DNA from: an uncultured Actinomycetota bacterium | GTDB lineage: Bacteria > Actinomycetota > Thermoleophilia > RBG-16-64-13 | Direction of reading: 5' to 3' | Assembly: GCA_963822135.1 (NCBI GenBank) | Contig: CAWGGI010000010.1 | Span: forward strand, 129,674-193,673 | Length of the DNA: 64,000 nucleotides | In this document: positions 29,936 to 39,300 of the stretch, piece by piece | Position numbering within the stretch: the first letter of the stretch is position 1 | Layout of the letters: each line of letters opens with the position of its first letter | Position numbers and translations under genes: made by a program | The notes under the pieces: model-generated | What the model was told of the DNA's origin: nothing | What the model saw: only the letters and a program-made list of their open reading frames with translations | Databases searched by the model: none

Positions 29936-30580
29936 CTAGATTTCGGACTCCACGTCGTCTTGCGGCACCCGTTCTGGGCGGAGGGAGTCAAGCATCCGCT
30001 TGACGTTGCGGCTGAGGATGCCTTCGTCGATGAACTCTCGGGCGCCGGCCATGACGGAAATGTCCTCGACCCAGGCGAACATCTGCAGGGCCCAGGCCAC
30101 GTCTTCGGGGAGAACATCCTCGCTGATGGAGCCTTGACGCTTGCCTTCCTCGGCGATGGCGACAAGGGCCTTGTGGATGCGGAAGTCGGTGATCCTCAGA
30201 GGGGGGTCGCCGCTGTCTGGGTGTCTGGAGGCCAGTTCCAGAAAGAACGGGCGCACCACGCTATTGAAGTGCTCCCTCGCCCATGCGGCATGAGTCTTGG
30301 TCAACTCCTCCAGACGCTGCAGTGCATCTGGGTTTGCCGAGGAATCCACCCAGTTCATCGCGCGCTCGTTGGCCAACTGATTCGCCTCCGATAGCAACGC
30401 TGCTCGGTTATCGAAGTGCCGGTAGAGCGCCCCGGGGGTGACTCCGACGGCAGCCGCGATCCGCGATACCGTCGCACCCTCGAGGCCATGTTCGCTGATG
30501 ACCCGGAGCGTGGCGTCGAGTATCTCCTCGCGCCGCTCCTGCTGGCTCTTCCGCGTATGGCTCTTCACGTAGCTGGACAT
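29936..30580 (-). CDS. TetR/AcrR family transcriptional regulator (paralogue of 57500-58189)
   Basis: Intact 214 aa. The HTH is ATVSRIAAAVGVTPGALYRHFDNRAALL. Divergent from the liv-type operon. Confidence 0.85.
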   Translation of the reverse strand: MSSYVKSHTRKSQQERREEILDATLRVISEHGLEGATVSRIAAAVGVTPGALYRHFDNRAALLSEANQLANERAMNWVDSSANPDALQRLEELTKTHAAWAREHFNSVVRPFFLELASRHPDSGDPPLRITDFRIHKALVAIAEEGKRQGSISEDVLPEDVAWALQMFAWVEDISVMAGAREFIDEGILSRNVKRMLDSLRPERVPQDDVESEI

Positions 30581-30652
30581 GGCCTCACTCGTTCTGGATG
30601 TATCGACACCAGTCGACCAACGTTGGGTGGGAATCGACTGCGGGTCTGGCTC

Positions 30653-30681
30653 TTGACAGCATACAGTCCAACCGGTAGTTT
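30653..30681 (+). promoter_or_regulatory. promoter of the Liv-type ABC operon
   Basis: TTGACA (30653-30658), 17 nt spacer, TAGTTT (30676-30681). The perfect palindrome CCAACGTTGG at 30617-30626 is a candidate TetR site. Confidence 0.5.
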
Positions 30682-30781
30682 AGTAAAGCAGCATTTACGT
30701 GAATAAATTTTACGAGAAGTCTGGTCGCGTCCCTGACGCGATGCGAGCGTGGTAATTGCGGTATCCGCCAGGGGGGACCGA

Positions 30782-31659
30782 TTGGTCAAGTGGATCCAGT
30801 TGCTGGTCACCGGGATCACGGTGGGGAGCATCTACTCCCTGATCGCGCTGGGCTACGTGACCATCTACCGGACCTCACGCATCGTCAATATGGCCCAGGG
30901 CGCCTTTGTCATGTTCGGCGCCTTCTTCGCGTTTTCGTTCCTGTCTGAGCTCGGTCTGCCCTACTGGCTCTCAGCCATCCTCTCGATCGTGTGCGTGGTG
31001 CTCTGGGTGTGGTCATGTACCTGTTGGTGCTGCGGCCTCTCGTCAAGATCTCGCTCGTCTCCATCATCTTGGCCACCATGGCGCTGAGCATCCTGTTCGA
31101 GAACGTCGCGCTGCTCAAGTGGGGGGGCTACGGTAAGAGCGTCCCGGCTTTCACCGGCGACCAAGCCCTCTTCATCGGCAAGGTGGCGGTCTTCCCGCAG
31201 AGCCTGTGGGTGATCGGGCTGATGATCCTGGTGCTCATTGGCCTCTACGCGCTCATCAACCTGACCCGCGTGGGCAAGCAGATGACTGCGACGGCCAACG
31301 ACCCCGGCGCCGCCAGTCTGTCCGGCGTTAACACGGGCAGGATGATCCTCCTGGCCTTTGCCATCTCGGCCGCCATCGGGGCCCTGGGCGGTATCGCCAT
31401 CACTCCCATCAACTCGACCTCGTACCTTTCGGGAGGCATCTTTGCTCTGAGCGGCTTCGTGGCCGCCATCCTGGGGGGGTGGGGGTCGAGCGTAGGGGCT
31501 GTGGTGGGCGGCCTCACCCTGGGGATCATCCAGTCTTTGACCACGGGCTTCCTGCCCGCGGGATATCAGGACGCCATCGCCTATCTCGTGCTCATCCTCA
31601 TCCTCTACTTCCGGCCCGGCGGTATCATCGGTCAGCCTTCGGCCGAGGGCGAGGCGTGA
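30782..31659 (+). CDS. livH: branched-chain-amino-acid-type ABC transporter permease LivH (1 frame change near 31000)
   Basis: LVTGITVGSIYSLIALGYVTIYRTSRIVNMAQGAF.. then VMYLLVLRPL..ATANDPGAASLSGVN..LYFRPGGI. TTG 30782 is taken as the start. Confidence 0.8.
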
Positions 31660-32729
31660 TGCAGCGTCTCGCCTTCATGAAGAGCCAAAGCTTCCTCTTC
31701 AAGGCTCTGCTCCTCGTCATCCTGTTGATATGGCCACTCCTCTATCAGAGCGGATACGCCATGCGCATAATGACCACGGGTGGTCTCTACACCATCATCA
31801 CCATCGCGGTGGTCATCATCCTGGGCCAGGCCGGGCAGCTGTCGTTCGGCCATTCGGCCTTCTACGGCATCGGCGCGTACACCGCCGCGATGCTTACCAT
31901 GAAGGCCGGGTTCCCCACCCTGGCCGCTCTGGTCATCGGGGCCTTGGTGGCCGGTGTCATCGCTCTCATCGTGGGCCGGCCGGTGCTCAGGCTGCGCTAC
32001 TTCTATCTGGCCTTGGCTACCATCGGCCTGGGCCAGATCTTCCTGGTGCTGATCCAGCAACTTCGGACCATCACCGGCTCGACCACCGGGCTCGCCCCCG
32101 TGCCCTATCTCAGCATCTTCGGCTTCGATTTCAACACCAACCTCCGCCAGTACTACCTGGTGTGGGTGGCGGCCGCGATCATCATCGTCTTCATCGACCG
32201 GGCCCTCAAGTACCGGGCCGGGCGGGCTCTGCGCGCCATCGCCACCAGTGAGATCGCCTCCAAGAGCTTGGGCGTCCGCACGGCCAACTGGAAGCTTCTC
32301 GCCTTCGTTGCGAGCGCCATCATCTGCGGGTTGGCCGGTGGCTTCTACGCCTTCGTCAGCATGGCCGTCACGCCCGGGGCTTTCACCTTCACCGCCGCCA
32401 TCCTCCCCATCGTCATGATGCTGCTGGGCGGGGGGACCGTCTGGGGGTCGGTCGTGGGGGCCATCCTCATGACCTGGGTCATCAACGGGTTCTCCGGCGT
32501 CCAGCAGTACAGCGGAGTGCTCTATTCGGTCATCATGATCCTCCTGCTCATATTCCTTCCCGCCGGGCTGCTGCTGCGGCCCGATCAGCGGGCTCGTCTC
32601 AAGGCCCTGGTTCGGCGGGAGAGACTGCAAGAGCCGGCCCAATGCCTCGTCGCGGCCGAGGAAGGGCGAGGCTGCCGGCCAGTGCACCACGACGGTGGGC
32701 ATGCCCCTGGCCGTATCGCCGGGGGTTGA
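31658..32729 (+). CDS. livM: branched-chain-amino-acid-type ABC transporter permease LivM
   Basis: ATG 31658 overlaps the livH stop (ATGA). ILGQAGQLSFGHSAFYGIGAYTAA, RAGRALRAIATSEIASKSLGV. Confidence 0.8.
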
Positions 32730-33650
32730 GCCGGTCGGCCGCGGCCGAGATCGCCGGCGCGGGACAGGCTGCTGCAGCGGCGCCCGCCACGCGGACCGAG
32801 ACCTTGGATACTGCGGGCGCGCCGCTCCTGGCCATCAAAGACGTCTCTGTCCACTTCGGCGGACTCAAGGCTGTCGATGAGGTCTCGCTCGAGGTGCATG
32901 AGGGACAGATCGTGGCCCTCATCGGTCCCAATGGCGCCGGCAAGACCACGCTGTTCAACGCGGTCAGCCGCCTGCAGAAGCTTACCGGGGGTACGGTGGA
33001 GTTCGCTGGGCAAGAGGTCATCAAGCTTTCGACCGCGAACACCGCCCGCTTGGGTATGGCCCGGACCTTCCAGAACCTGCGCATCTACGTGAACATGACC
33101 GTGCTCGAGAACGTCCTGGTGGGCTGCCATCAGCACGAGCGCTCCGGGTTCTGGGCGGGCGGCCTGGGTCTGCCGCATCAGCGGCGCGAGGAGAAGGCAT
33201 CGCGCGAGCGGGCCCTTCGAGCCTTGGCGGCGGTGGGCTTGGCCGACAAGGCCTTCCTGCCGGCCGCCAGTCTGCCCTATGGCTCTCAGCGCCTGGTGGA
33301 GATCGCTCGGGCGCTCGCGTCTGAACCCCGGCTTGCTTCTTCTCGACGAGCCGGCTGCCGGCATGAACGCGGCGGAACGCGCCCATCTGGTGGAGCAGAT
33401 CCGCGGCATCCGGGACTCCGGCATCACCGTGCTGCTGGTCGAGCACGATATAGAACTGGTCATGGGGATCTCCGAGCAGGTCTACGTCCTCGACTACGGG
33501 CGGTTGATCGCCCAGGGCAGGCCCGAGGTGGTGCAGAACGACCCGGCCGTCATCGAAGCCTACTTGGGGGTCAAGCTGGAGCATCGGCAGGACCTGTGCC
33601 AGACGCGGGAGCTCACGGACGGCAGTTGTCCCGAGCCGGAAGACCTCCTG
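32726..33650 (+). CDS. livG: ABC transporter ATP-binding protein LivG (1 frame change near 33320); no stop before livF
   Basis: TTG 32726 overlaps the livM stop. Walker A GPNGAGKTT, signature LPYGSQRLVEIARAL, Walker B LLLLDEPAAG, C-terminus VIEAYLG. The frame then runs on uninterrupted into the LivF module. Confidence 0.75.
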
Positions 33651-34361
33651 GTGGTGGAGGGTCTCACCACCTCATATGGCTCCATCGAAGCCCTGCACGG
33701 GGTCTCGTTCGCCGTTCCCAAGGGAGAGGTGGTCACGATCCTGGGTGCGAACGGAGCGGGCAAGAGCACGCTGCTCCACACCATTTCCGGCCTGCTGCGG
33801 CCCAAAGCCGGCAGCGTCACCTACCAGGGGACCGACATCACCCATCTGGCGCCGGAGAAGATCGCGGCCCGCGGGCTGTGCCAGGTACCCGAGGGGCGGC
33901 GGCTCTTCCGGGAGCTCTCGGTGCAGGACAACCTGGTTGTGGGGAGTTCGGGCCGCAAGGATTGGCGGGGGACCCTGGCCGACGATATCGCCTACGTGTA
34001 TGAGCTGTTCCCCATCCTGGGCGAGCGGCGCAGGCAACCGGCGGGGACTCTCTCCGGCGGGGAGCAGCAGATGCTGGCCATCGGCCGGGCCCTCATCGGC
34101 CGGCCCCGATTGCTGCTCCTTGACGAGCCCTCCATGGGGCTGGCTCCGCTGGTGGTGGAGCGCATATTCGAGGCGCTGGCCCAACTCAACAAGGACGGTC
34201 TCACCATGCTGATGGTGGAGCAGAGCGCCGAGATGGCGCTCTCGCTGGCCCACCGCGGCATCGTCCTGCAGACCGGCCAGGTGGTCGTCTCCGGTCTGGC
34301 GGAGGTTCTCAAGACGGACGATCGCGTGCAGGCGAGCTATCTCGGCACAGCTCGACAGTAG
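33651..34361 (+). CDS. livF: ABC transporter ATP-binding protein LivF module (in frame with livG)
   Basis: LLVVEGLTTSYG, Walker A GANGAGKST, LSGGEQQMLAIGRAL, LLLLDEPSMG. An internal GTG at 33651/33654 could act as an independent start. Confidence 0.75.
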   Translation: MVEGLTTSYGSIEALHGVSFAVPKGEVVTILGANGAGKSTLLHTISGLLRPKAGSVTYQGTDITHLAPEKIAARGLCQVPEGRRLFRELSVQDNLVVGSSGRKDWRGTLADDIAYVYELFPILGERRRQPAGTLSGGEQQMLAIGRALIGRPRLLLLDEPSMGLAPLVVERIFEALAQLNKDGLTMLMVEQSAEMALSLAHRGIVLQTGQVVVSGLAEVLKTDDRVQASYLGTARQ

Positions 34362-34417
34362 AACGCACGCTTTCAGATAAAGGGGGAGGTAACGACGTGA
34401 AAGACAGGGAGGATCGG

Positions 34418-35722
34418 ATGAAGAAGCGTTATCTGACAATCGGGCTTCTCGTGCTCATGCTGGTGGTCGCCTTGGCGGCGGCAGCCTGCGGGGAGACTGA
34501 GGAGACCACCACCACGGCTGCTCCGAGCACCGAAACCACGGCTGCGCCGAGCACCGAAACCACGGCTGCTCCGAGCACCGAAACCACCGAGCCGGGCGGC
34601 CCGGCCACCGGAGCGCCGATCAAGGTCGGGTTCTCTAACAGCCTCACGGGGTTCAGCGCCGCCCCGGGCGTATCGACCGGTAATGGCGTCTCTCTGATGG
34701 TCGAACTCGTCAATGCCGACGGCGGTGTCAACGGTCGGCCGATCGAGGTCATCATGCTTGATGACAAATCGGACGTGCCGCCCGCCATCGCCAACATCAA
34801 CAAGTTGATCCAGGAAGACAAGGTCGCCGCGACCATCGGTCCGTTCGCCCAGTTCATGCAGGAACCGGCTCGAGGCATCGCCGAGCAGACCGGGACTCCC
34901 ATGGTGGGGATGGGCCCGGCCACTCTGGAGCAGTTGGCGGCCACCCCGCAGTATCAGATGAGCGTCATGCTGTCGGCGGGCCCGAACATCCAGGCCGACG
35001 CCCTGACCAAGATCATCAAGGCCAATGGTTGGACAAACATCATCGGCATCGCCGACGTGCTAGCGATTCATCAGGAGACTCTGGACGTGTTGGTGGAGAA
35101 CGGCCCGGCCGAAGGCTTCACCTTCACCAAACTGCCCGACACCTTCGGCTTCGACCAGACCGACTTCCAGCCGATCTTGAACAAGATCATGGAGGTCTAC
35201 AACGCACAGAAGCCTGACGCCGTCGTCCTCTACGTGAACCCGATCGCAGCGCCACCTCTATACAAAGGTCTGCGTTCGCTCGGCGTGGATGTTCCTATCC
35301 AAGGTAGCCCCGCTGCAGCTCACCCAGCGATCTTCGCCATGGGTCCGGAGGCTATCGAAGGCTTCCTGGTGCTGGACTCGGGCGGCCTGGTCAATCCCGC
35401 GAGCCTGCCGGATGACTGGCCTTTGAAGACCGGTCAGCTGAGCTTCTTCGATGCCTACAACGCCAAGTACGGCCAGCCGCCGGACTTCTTCGCCGCGGCA
35501 GGCGCCGACCTGGTCGCCGTGCTCGTTGAGGCCATGGAGCAGGCGGGAGGCCCGGACGACAAAGCCGCAATCGCGCAGGCGCTGATCAACCTGAAGGACT
35601 TTGTCGCCTTGCAGGGCATCATCAACTTCACTCCTGAGGCGACCTCTCAGGGCGTGACCGGTCAGATGGTGGAGTGGAAGGTGGAGGGCGGCCAGTTCGT
35701 GCTGGTGAACACCGTCAACTAG
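34418..35722 (+). CDS. Liv-type (family 4) ABC substrate-binding lipoprotein
   Basis: Intact. MKKRYLTIGLLVLMLVVALAAAAC lipobox, (TTAAPSTE)x3 linker, then IKVGFSNSLTG...GGVNGRPIEV. Confidence 0.8.
   Translation: MKKRYLTIGLLVLMLVVALAAAACGETEETTTTAAPSTETTAAPSTETTAAPSTETTEPGGPATGAPIKVGFSNSLTGFSAAPGVSTGNGVSLMVELVNADGGVNGRPIEVIMLDDKSDVPPAIANINKLIQEDKVAATIGPFAQFMQEPARGIAEQTGTPMVGMGPATLEQLAATPQYQMSVMLSAGPNIQADALTKIIKANGWTNIIGIADVLAIHQETLDVLVENGPAEGFTFTKLPDTFGFDQTDFQPILNKIMEVYNAQKPDAVVLYVNPIAAPPLYKGLRSLGVDVPIQGSPAAAHPAIFAMGPEAIEGFLVLDSGGLVNPASLPDDWPLKTGQLSFFDAYNAKYGQPPDFFAAAGADLVAVLVEAMEQAGGPDDKAAIAQALINLKDFVALQGIINFTPEATSQGVTGQMVEWKVEGGQFVLVNTVN
34511..34582 (+). repeat. 24-bp tandem repeat x3 encoding the (TTAAPSTE)3 linker
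   Basis: ACCACGGCTGC(T/G)CCGAGCACCGAA repeated three times, in frame. Confidence 0.9.
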
Positions 35723-35740
35723 AGACTGTACCAAGTGGCG

Positions 35741-35814
35741 CGGGACCGTCTCCCACCCCCCGGGGGCGGTCTCGACCAAGCGAACCGGGCCGGCGGCGGC
35801 GCCGCCGCCGGCCC
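35741..35814 (+). terminator. two GC-rich hairpins or palindromes after the binding-protein gene
   Basis: CGGGACCG..CCCCCCGGGGG..CGGTCTCG (35741-35774) and a perfect 28-bp palindrome GGGCCGGCGGCGGC|GCCGCCGCCGGCCC (35787-35814). No U-tract. Confidence 0.4.
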
Positions 35815-35898
35815 CGGCTCCTCGGACCACGTCGGCGTTTGGGTCAGCCAGAGAGCGTCGCTGCGAAGCCAAGCCAAGACGGCAAGGACAAAACGACC

Positions 35899-37005
35899 AT
35901 GGACTCATTCGAGAAGCTGCACCGGGCGATAGCCCTCCAGCCTACGCCGGAGATCCCGGTGTACCCGCATATCGTTACGTTCGCCGGCCGCTGCGCCGGC
36001 ATCACCCAGGAGAGACTGTTCAGCAGCAATCAGGCCTGGCTCGATGCCTGCGACAGGACCTTCGCCCGGGTTGGCAAACCCGACGTGGTCTTTCCCCTCA
36101 ACCCCCGCGACACCGCCTACATCGAGTCGATGCGGGTGAAGCTTCCCGGCAAGGAACTCGGCCCCGACGAGCCCTTCCAGTTCGTGGAAGACGAGTTCAT
36201 GCTGGCCTCCGACTACGACGTGATCCTCACGAAGGGCTGGAACGCCTGGAACACCGAGTTCATGAAGAAGATCCAGAATCCGCCGCTCACCGGACCCCTG
36301 GCCAAGTACAAGGTCCTGTGGGGCTTCATCCGCACCGGTATGAACACCGGCAAGAACATCAAGCATTGGGCGGAGCACGGGATGCCGGTGATGTTTCACG
36401 TCGGAGTGGCTCCGCCGTTCGACGTGTTCTCGCTGTCGCGCTCGCTTCGTCCCTTCTACCGCGATCTGTTCGACAACCCGGACAAGGTCAAGAAGGCCGT
36501 CGAGGTGGGCACCGACGCCATGATCGAGCTGGGCATCGCCAACGCCAAGCGGGCCAAGGGCGACCGGGTGGCCATCTTCGCCATGCGCTCGAGCGCCAGC
36601 TTCATCTCGCCCACGATCTTCGACGAGATCTCTTTCCCCTCGATCAAGCGGATGGTGGAGGCCTACCACGCCGCCGGCCTCACCTCGGTGCTTCACTGCG
36701 ATGGTAACTGGGACCTCATGATCCCCCGCTTCCTCGAGCTGCCCAAAGCAAGCTGCGTGGTGGAACTGGACGGAGCCACCGACATCCGCAAGGCTCGGGA
36801 GGTACTCAAGGGCCACCTGTGCATCAAAGGCGACGTCCACCACGCGCTGCTCGCCCTCGGCACCGCTGAGGAAGTCACCGCCTACTGCGGCGAGCTCCTC
36901 GAGTTCATGGGCCATGACGGCGGCTTCATCCTGGGCTCCGGCTGCGAGGTGCCCATCACGGCCAAGGTGGAGAACGTGGCGGCGCTCATCGCCGCGGTGC
37001 GGTAG
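35899..37005 (+). CDS. URO-D/MtaA-CmuA family methyltransferase (paralogue B)
   Basis: Intact 368 aa from MDSFEKLH. LHCDGNWD..VELDGATDI..GDVHHALLALGTAEEV..GSGCEVPITAKVENV is collinear with paralogue A. Confidence 0.7.
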   Translation: MDSFEKLHRAIALQPTPEIPVYPHIVTFAGRCAGITQERLFSSNQAWLDACDRTFARVGKPDVVFPLNPRDTAYIESMRVKLPGKELGPDEPFQFVEDEFMLASDYDVILTKGWNAWNTEFMKKIQNPPLTGPLAKYKVLWGFIRTGMNTGKNIKHWAEHGMPVMFHVGVAPPFDVFSLSRSLRPFYRDLFDNPDKVKKAVEVGTDAMIELGIANAKRAKGDRVAIFAMRSSASFISPTIFDEISFPSIKRMVEAYHAAGLTSVLHCDGNWDLMIPRFLELPKASCVVELDGATDIRKAREVLKGHLCIKGDVHHALLALGTAEEVTAYCGELLEFMGHDGGFILGSGCEVPITAKVENVAALIAAVR

Positions 37006-37046
37006 CAAGGCAAGGGAACAGACCTTTTTAGGATAGGAGAAGAAGC

Positions 37047-37961
37047 GTGAGCAAGACGATCGTCGGCCTCTCGTGTGGCCGCCGGAACAGCAACAGCGAG
37101 GTTCTCCTCAAGGCGGCGCTCATGGCCGCGGAGGAAGAGGGCTGCGAGACCAAGATCATCCGGGCGATGGACCACAAGGTGACGCCCTGTAACTCCTGCT
37201 GGACCTGCATGAAGACCGGCACGTGCGCCAAGGACGATACCGACTGGATCCTCGAACAGACCCTGCTCGGAGACGCCGGCGTCATCGTATCGGCCCCGGT
37301 CTACCACCTGCGCGCCTGCAGCTACCTCATGATCATCGCCGAGAAGACCAACCACATGTTCTCCCGCAAAGAGAACATCTTCGAGCGCAAGCGCCCGGGC
37401 GCGGCCATCTCCGTGGGCGGCTCCGGCTATGACGGCTGGACCAGCCTGGGGCTCACCTCCATCAACCTGTTCCTGCAGCACTTCACCACCCTCGTCGACC
37501 AAGTGCAGGTGGACCACTGCGCCAACATCGCCGCCGCGCTCACCCCCGACAACGCCTGGGCCATCGAGCGCTGCCGGCAGCTGGGCAAGAACATGGCCAA
37601 GACCCTGGACACGCCCTTCGAGGAGTGGAAGTTCCTCGGCCAGGACCCGGCCGTGGCCTGCCCGGTGTGTCACTGCAACATCCTCTACGTGGAGAAGGAC
37701 TTCCCGGAGATCATGTGCCCCACCTGCGAGGTGCACGGCACGATCTCGCCCGACGCGAACGGCAAGTACTCCGTCGCCTGGAACGAAGACGACGTCCGTG
37801 AGCCGCGCTTCTCCGGCCCCAAGGAGGCCCATCACCTGCACTGGATAACCGAGCACGAGTGGGTGGAGGAGCCCAAGCAACTGGCGCTGCCGGAGGTGCA
37901 GGCCAAGATCGCCGAGTTCAACGCTTGGGGCGCCTACATATCGGCGCCGAAGAAGCGGTAG
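37047..37961 (+). CDS. iron-sulfur flavoprotein (Isf)-like with C-terminal 4-Cys ribbon domain (paralogue 2)
   Basis: Intact 304 aa. GLSCGRRNSNSE, compact Isf cluster motif CNSCWTCMKTGTC (Cx2Cx2Cx5C). The C-terminal pair is CPVCHC...CPTCE. Confidence 0.6.
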   Translation: MSKTIVGLSCGRRNSNSEVLLKAALMAAEEEGCETKIIRAMDHKVTPCNSCWTCMKTGTCAKDDTDWILEQTLLGDAGVIVSAPVYHLRACSYLMIIAEKTNHMFSRKENIFERKRPGAAISVGGSGYDGWTSLGLTSINLFLQHFTTLVDQVQVDHCANIAAALTPDNAWAIERCRQLGKNMAKTLDTPFEEWKFLGQDPAVACPVCHCNILYVEKDFPEIMCPTCEVHGTISPDANGKYSVAWNEDDVREPRFSGPKEAHHLHWITEHEWVEEPKQLALPEVQAKIAEFNAWGAYISAPKKR

Positions 37962-37987
37962 GGGCGGCCGGCGGCCGCCCGCCTCAG

Positions 37988-38231
37988 ATGGCCGACTCAG
38001 AGCCACTATGAAGCCAAGACCCAACTCTCGCGCATGGTCGATCGGGCTGCCGCCGGCGAGGAAATCGTGATCTCTCGCAACGGCAGGCCGGTAGCCCGTC
38101 TGTGTCCGCTCGAGCCTAGGAAGCGGAACACAGTGAAGTTCGGGCTGCTCGACGGACTCATCGAGGTGGCAGACGATTTCGACGCGCCGCTCCCCGATGA
38201 CATCCTTGCGGCGTTCGAGGGGCGGGACTGA
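37988..38231 (+). CDS. Phd/YefM family type II antitoxin (1 frame change near 38010)
   Basis: ATG 37988 reads MADSEPL, then in the +1 frame YEAKTQLSRMVDRAAAGEEIVISRNGRPVARL..DFDAPLPDDILAAFEG. Confidence 0.7.
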
Positions 38232-38604
38232 GAGTTCTCTTGACACCCATCTGTTCCTCTGGGCAGTGGGGGTGAGTTCGAGGCTCACTCCTGCGGCGAA
38301 GACTGCGATCGAAGGCGCGGATGAGGTGTATGTGAGCGCGGCGTCGCTCTGGGAGATCGCCGTCAAGGCTGGTACCGGAAAACTGCGGGCAGATGTGGAC
38401 CGACTGATCGCAACAGTCGATTCGAGCGGCTTCCTCGAACTCTACGTCACAGCGGAGCACGCGGCGTTCGTGGCGCAGTTGCCTCATTATCACCACGATC
38501 CCTTCGATCGACTGCTGATCGCTCAGGCCATGACAGAGCCCCTCGTTCTTCTCACAGCCGACGAGTCGCTCGTTCAGTACACGGATCTGGTGCGGCTTGT
38601 CTAG
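38197..38604 (+). CDS. PIN-domain (VapC-like) type II toxin; start uncertain
   Basis: LDTHLFLWAV...ASLWEIAVKAGTGKL...HHDPFDRLLIAQAMTEPLVLLTAD. The expected start at the antitoxin stop (about 38229) is not in frame, so either an indel or the upstream ATG 38197 applies. Confidence 0.7.
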   Translation: MTSLRRSRGGTESSLDTHLFLWAVGVSSRLTPAAKTAIEGADEVYVSAASLWEIAVKAGTGKLRADVDRLIATVDSSGFLELYVTAEHAAFVAQLPHYHHDPFDRLLIAQAMTEPLVLLTADESLVQYTDLVRLV

Positions 38605-38738
38605 CCAGGGATGACGACGCCCCGCATCCCGCCGCGCGCGAAAGGCGCTGCAACGACGGCATCGCGCTGCGGAAGCCCGACCGGGTCCCGTTGTGGCATA
38701 GCGGGCGAGCTTCTCGATCGAAGTCCGGTCCGGGAAGC

Positions 38739-38768
38739 GAACGGCCCGGGATGTCTCCCGGGCCGTTC
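38739..38768. terminator. perfect 13-bp-stem hairpin between convergent transcription units
   Basis: GAACGGCCCGGGA-tgtc-TCCCGGGCCGTTC, located between the PIN gene (+) and the CMD gene (-). Confidence 0.55.
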
Positions 38769-38843
38769 GGTCCTTGCTGGTACAGAGGCGCGTCGGCCGT
38801 ATTCATCCGCGGGGCGGGACCGCTCGGCGCCGCCGCCTGACTA

Positions 38844-39299
38844 CTAGTCCTTCTTCAGCGGGGCAATCGCCTGGAAGGTCGGGTTGTTGAAGACGGAGTC
38901 CAGGCACTGGCCGCTCTCCTGCAGCTTGGCCTTGCCTACCGAGTAGCACACGCAGAAGGCCACTTCCATCAGCTCTTCGTCGGTTGCGCCGGCAGCCTTG
39001 GCGTTGCAGGCCTGCGGCAGAACGCCGTCCCAGTGGTTGTTCATCATGTACAGGCCGACCAGCAGCAGATATCGGGTCTTCGGCTCGAGGATCCCGCGAT
39101 CGAGCAGCCCAGTGAGCTGGTTCTGCGCGTACGTCTGCAGCATGTCGGGGCGGTTCTTCACCCAGAAGTCCAGGGACGGGTCACCCTTGTCTCCCGGCTT
39201 GTAGCCCGGGCGTTGCATGGCCCAAGACGCGAGGATCTCCTCCCCGGTCGTGGCTGCCTTCATGGCCTTGACGACTTCTTCTTCTTCCGGTCTTGGCAT
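38844..39299 (-). CDS. carboxymuconolactone decarboxylase (AhpD-like) family protein
   Basis: Intact 151 aa. LEPKTRYLLLVGLYMMNNHWDGVLPQACNAKAAGATDEELMEVAF is a CMD-domain-like core. Starts 2 nt after the upstream Fe-S oxidoreductase stop. Confidence 0.55.
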   Translation of the reverse strand: MPRPEEEEVVKAMKAATTGEEILASWAMQRPGYKPGDKGDPSLDFWVKNRPDMLQTYAQNQLTGLLDRGILEPKTRYLLLVGLYMMNNHWDGVLPQACNAKAAGATDEELMEVAFCVCYSVGKAKLQESGQCLDSVFNNPTFQAIAPLKKD

Positions 39300-39300
39300 C

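Noticed and set aside
15864-34582. Tandem repeats (15-bp x5, 18-bp x4.5, 24-bp x3) considered as possible CRISPR arrays or minisatellite mobile-element ends.
   Set aside because: The units are contiguous with no unique spacers and are far shorter than CRISPR repeats. Two of the three are in frame inside lipoprotein genes. No cas genes, transposases or integrases are in the window.
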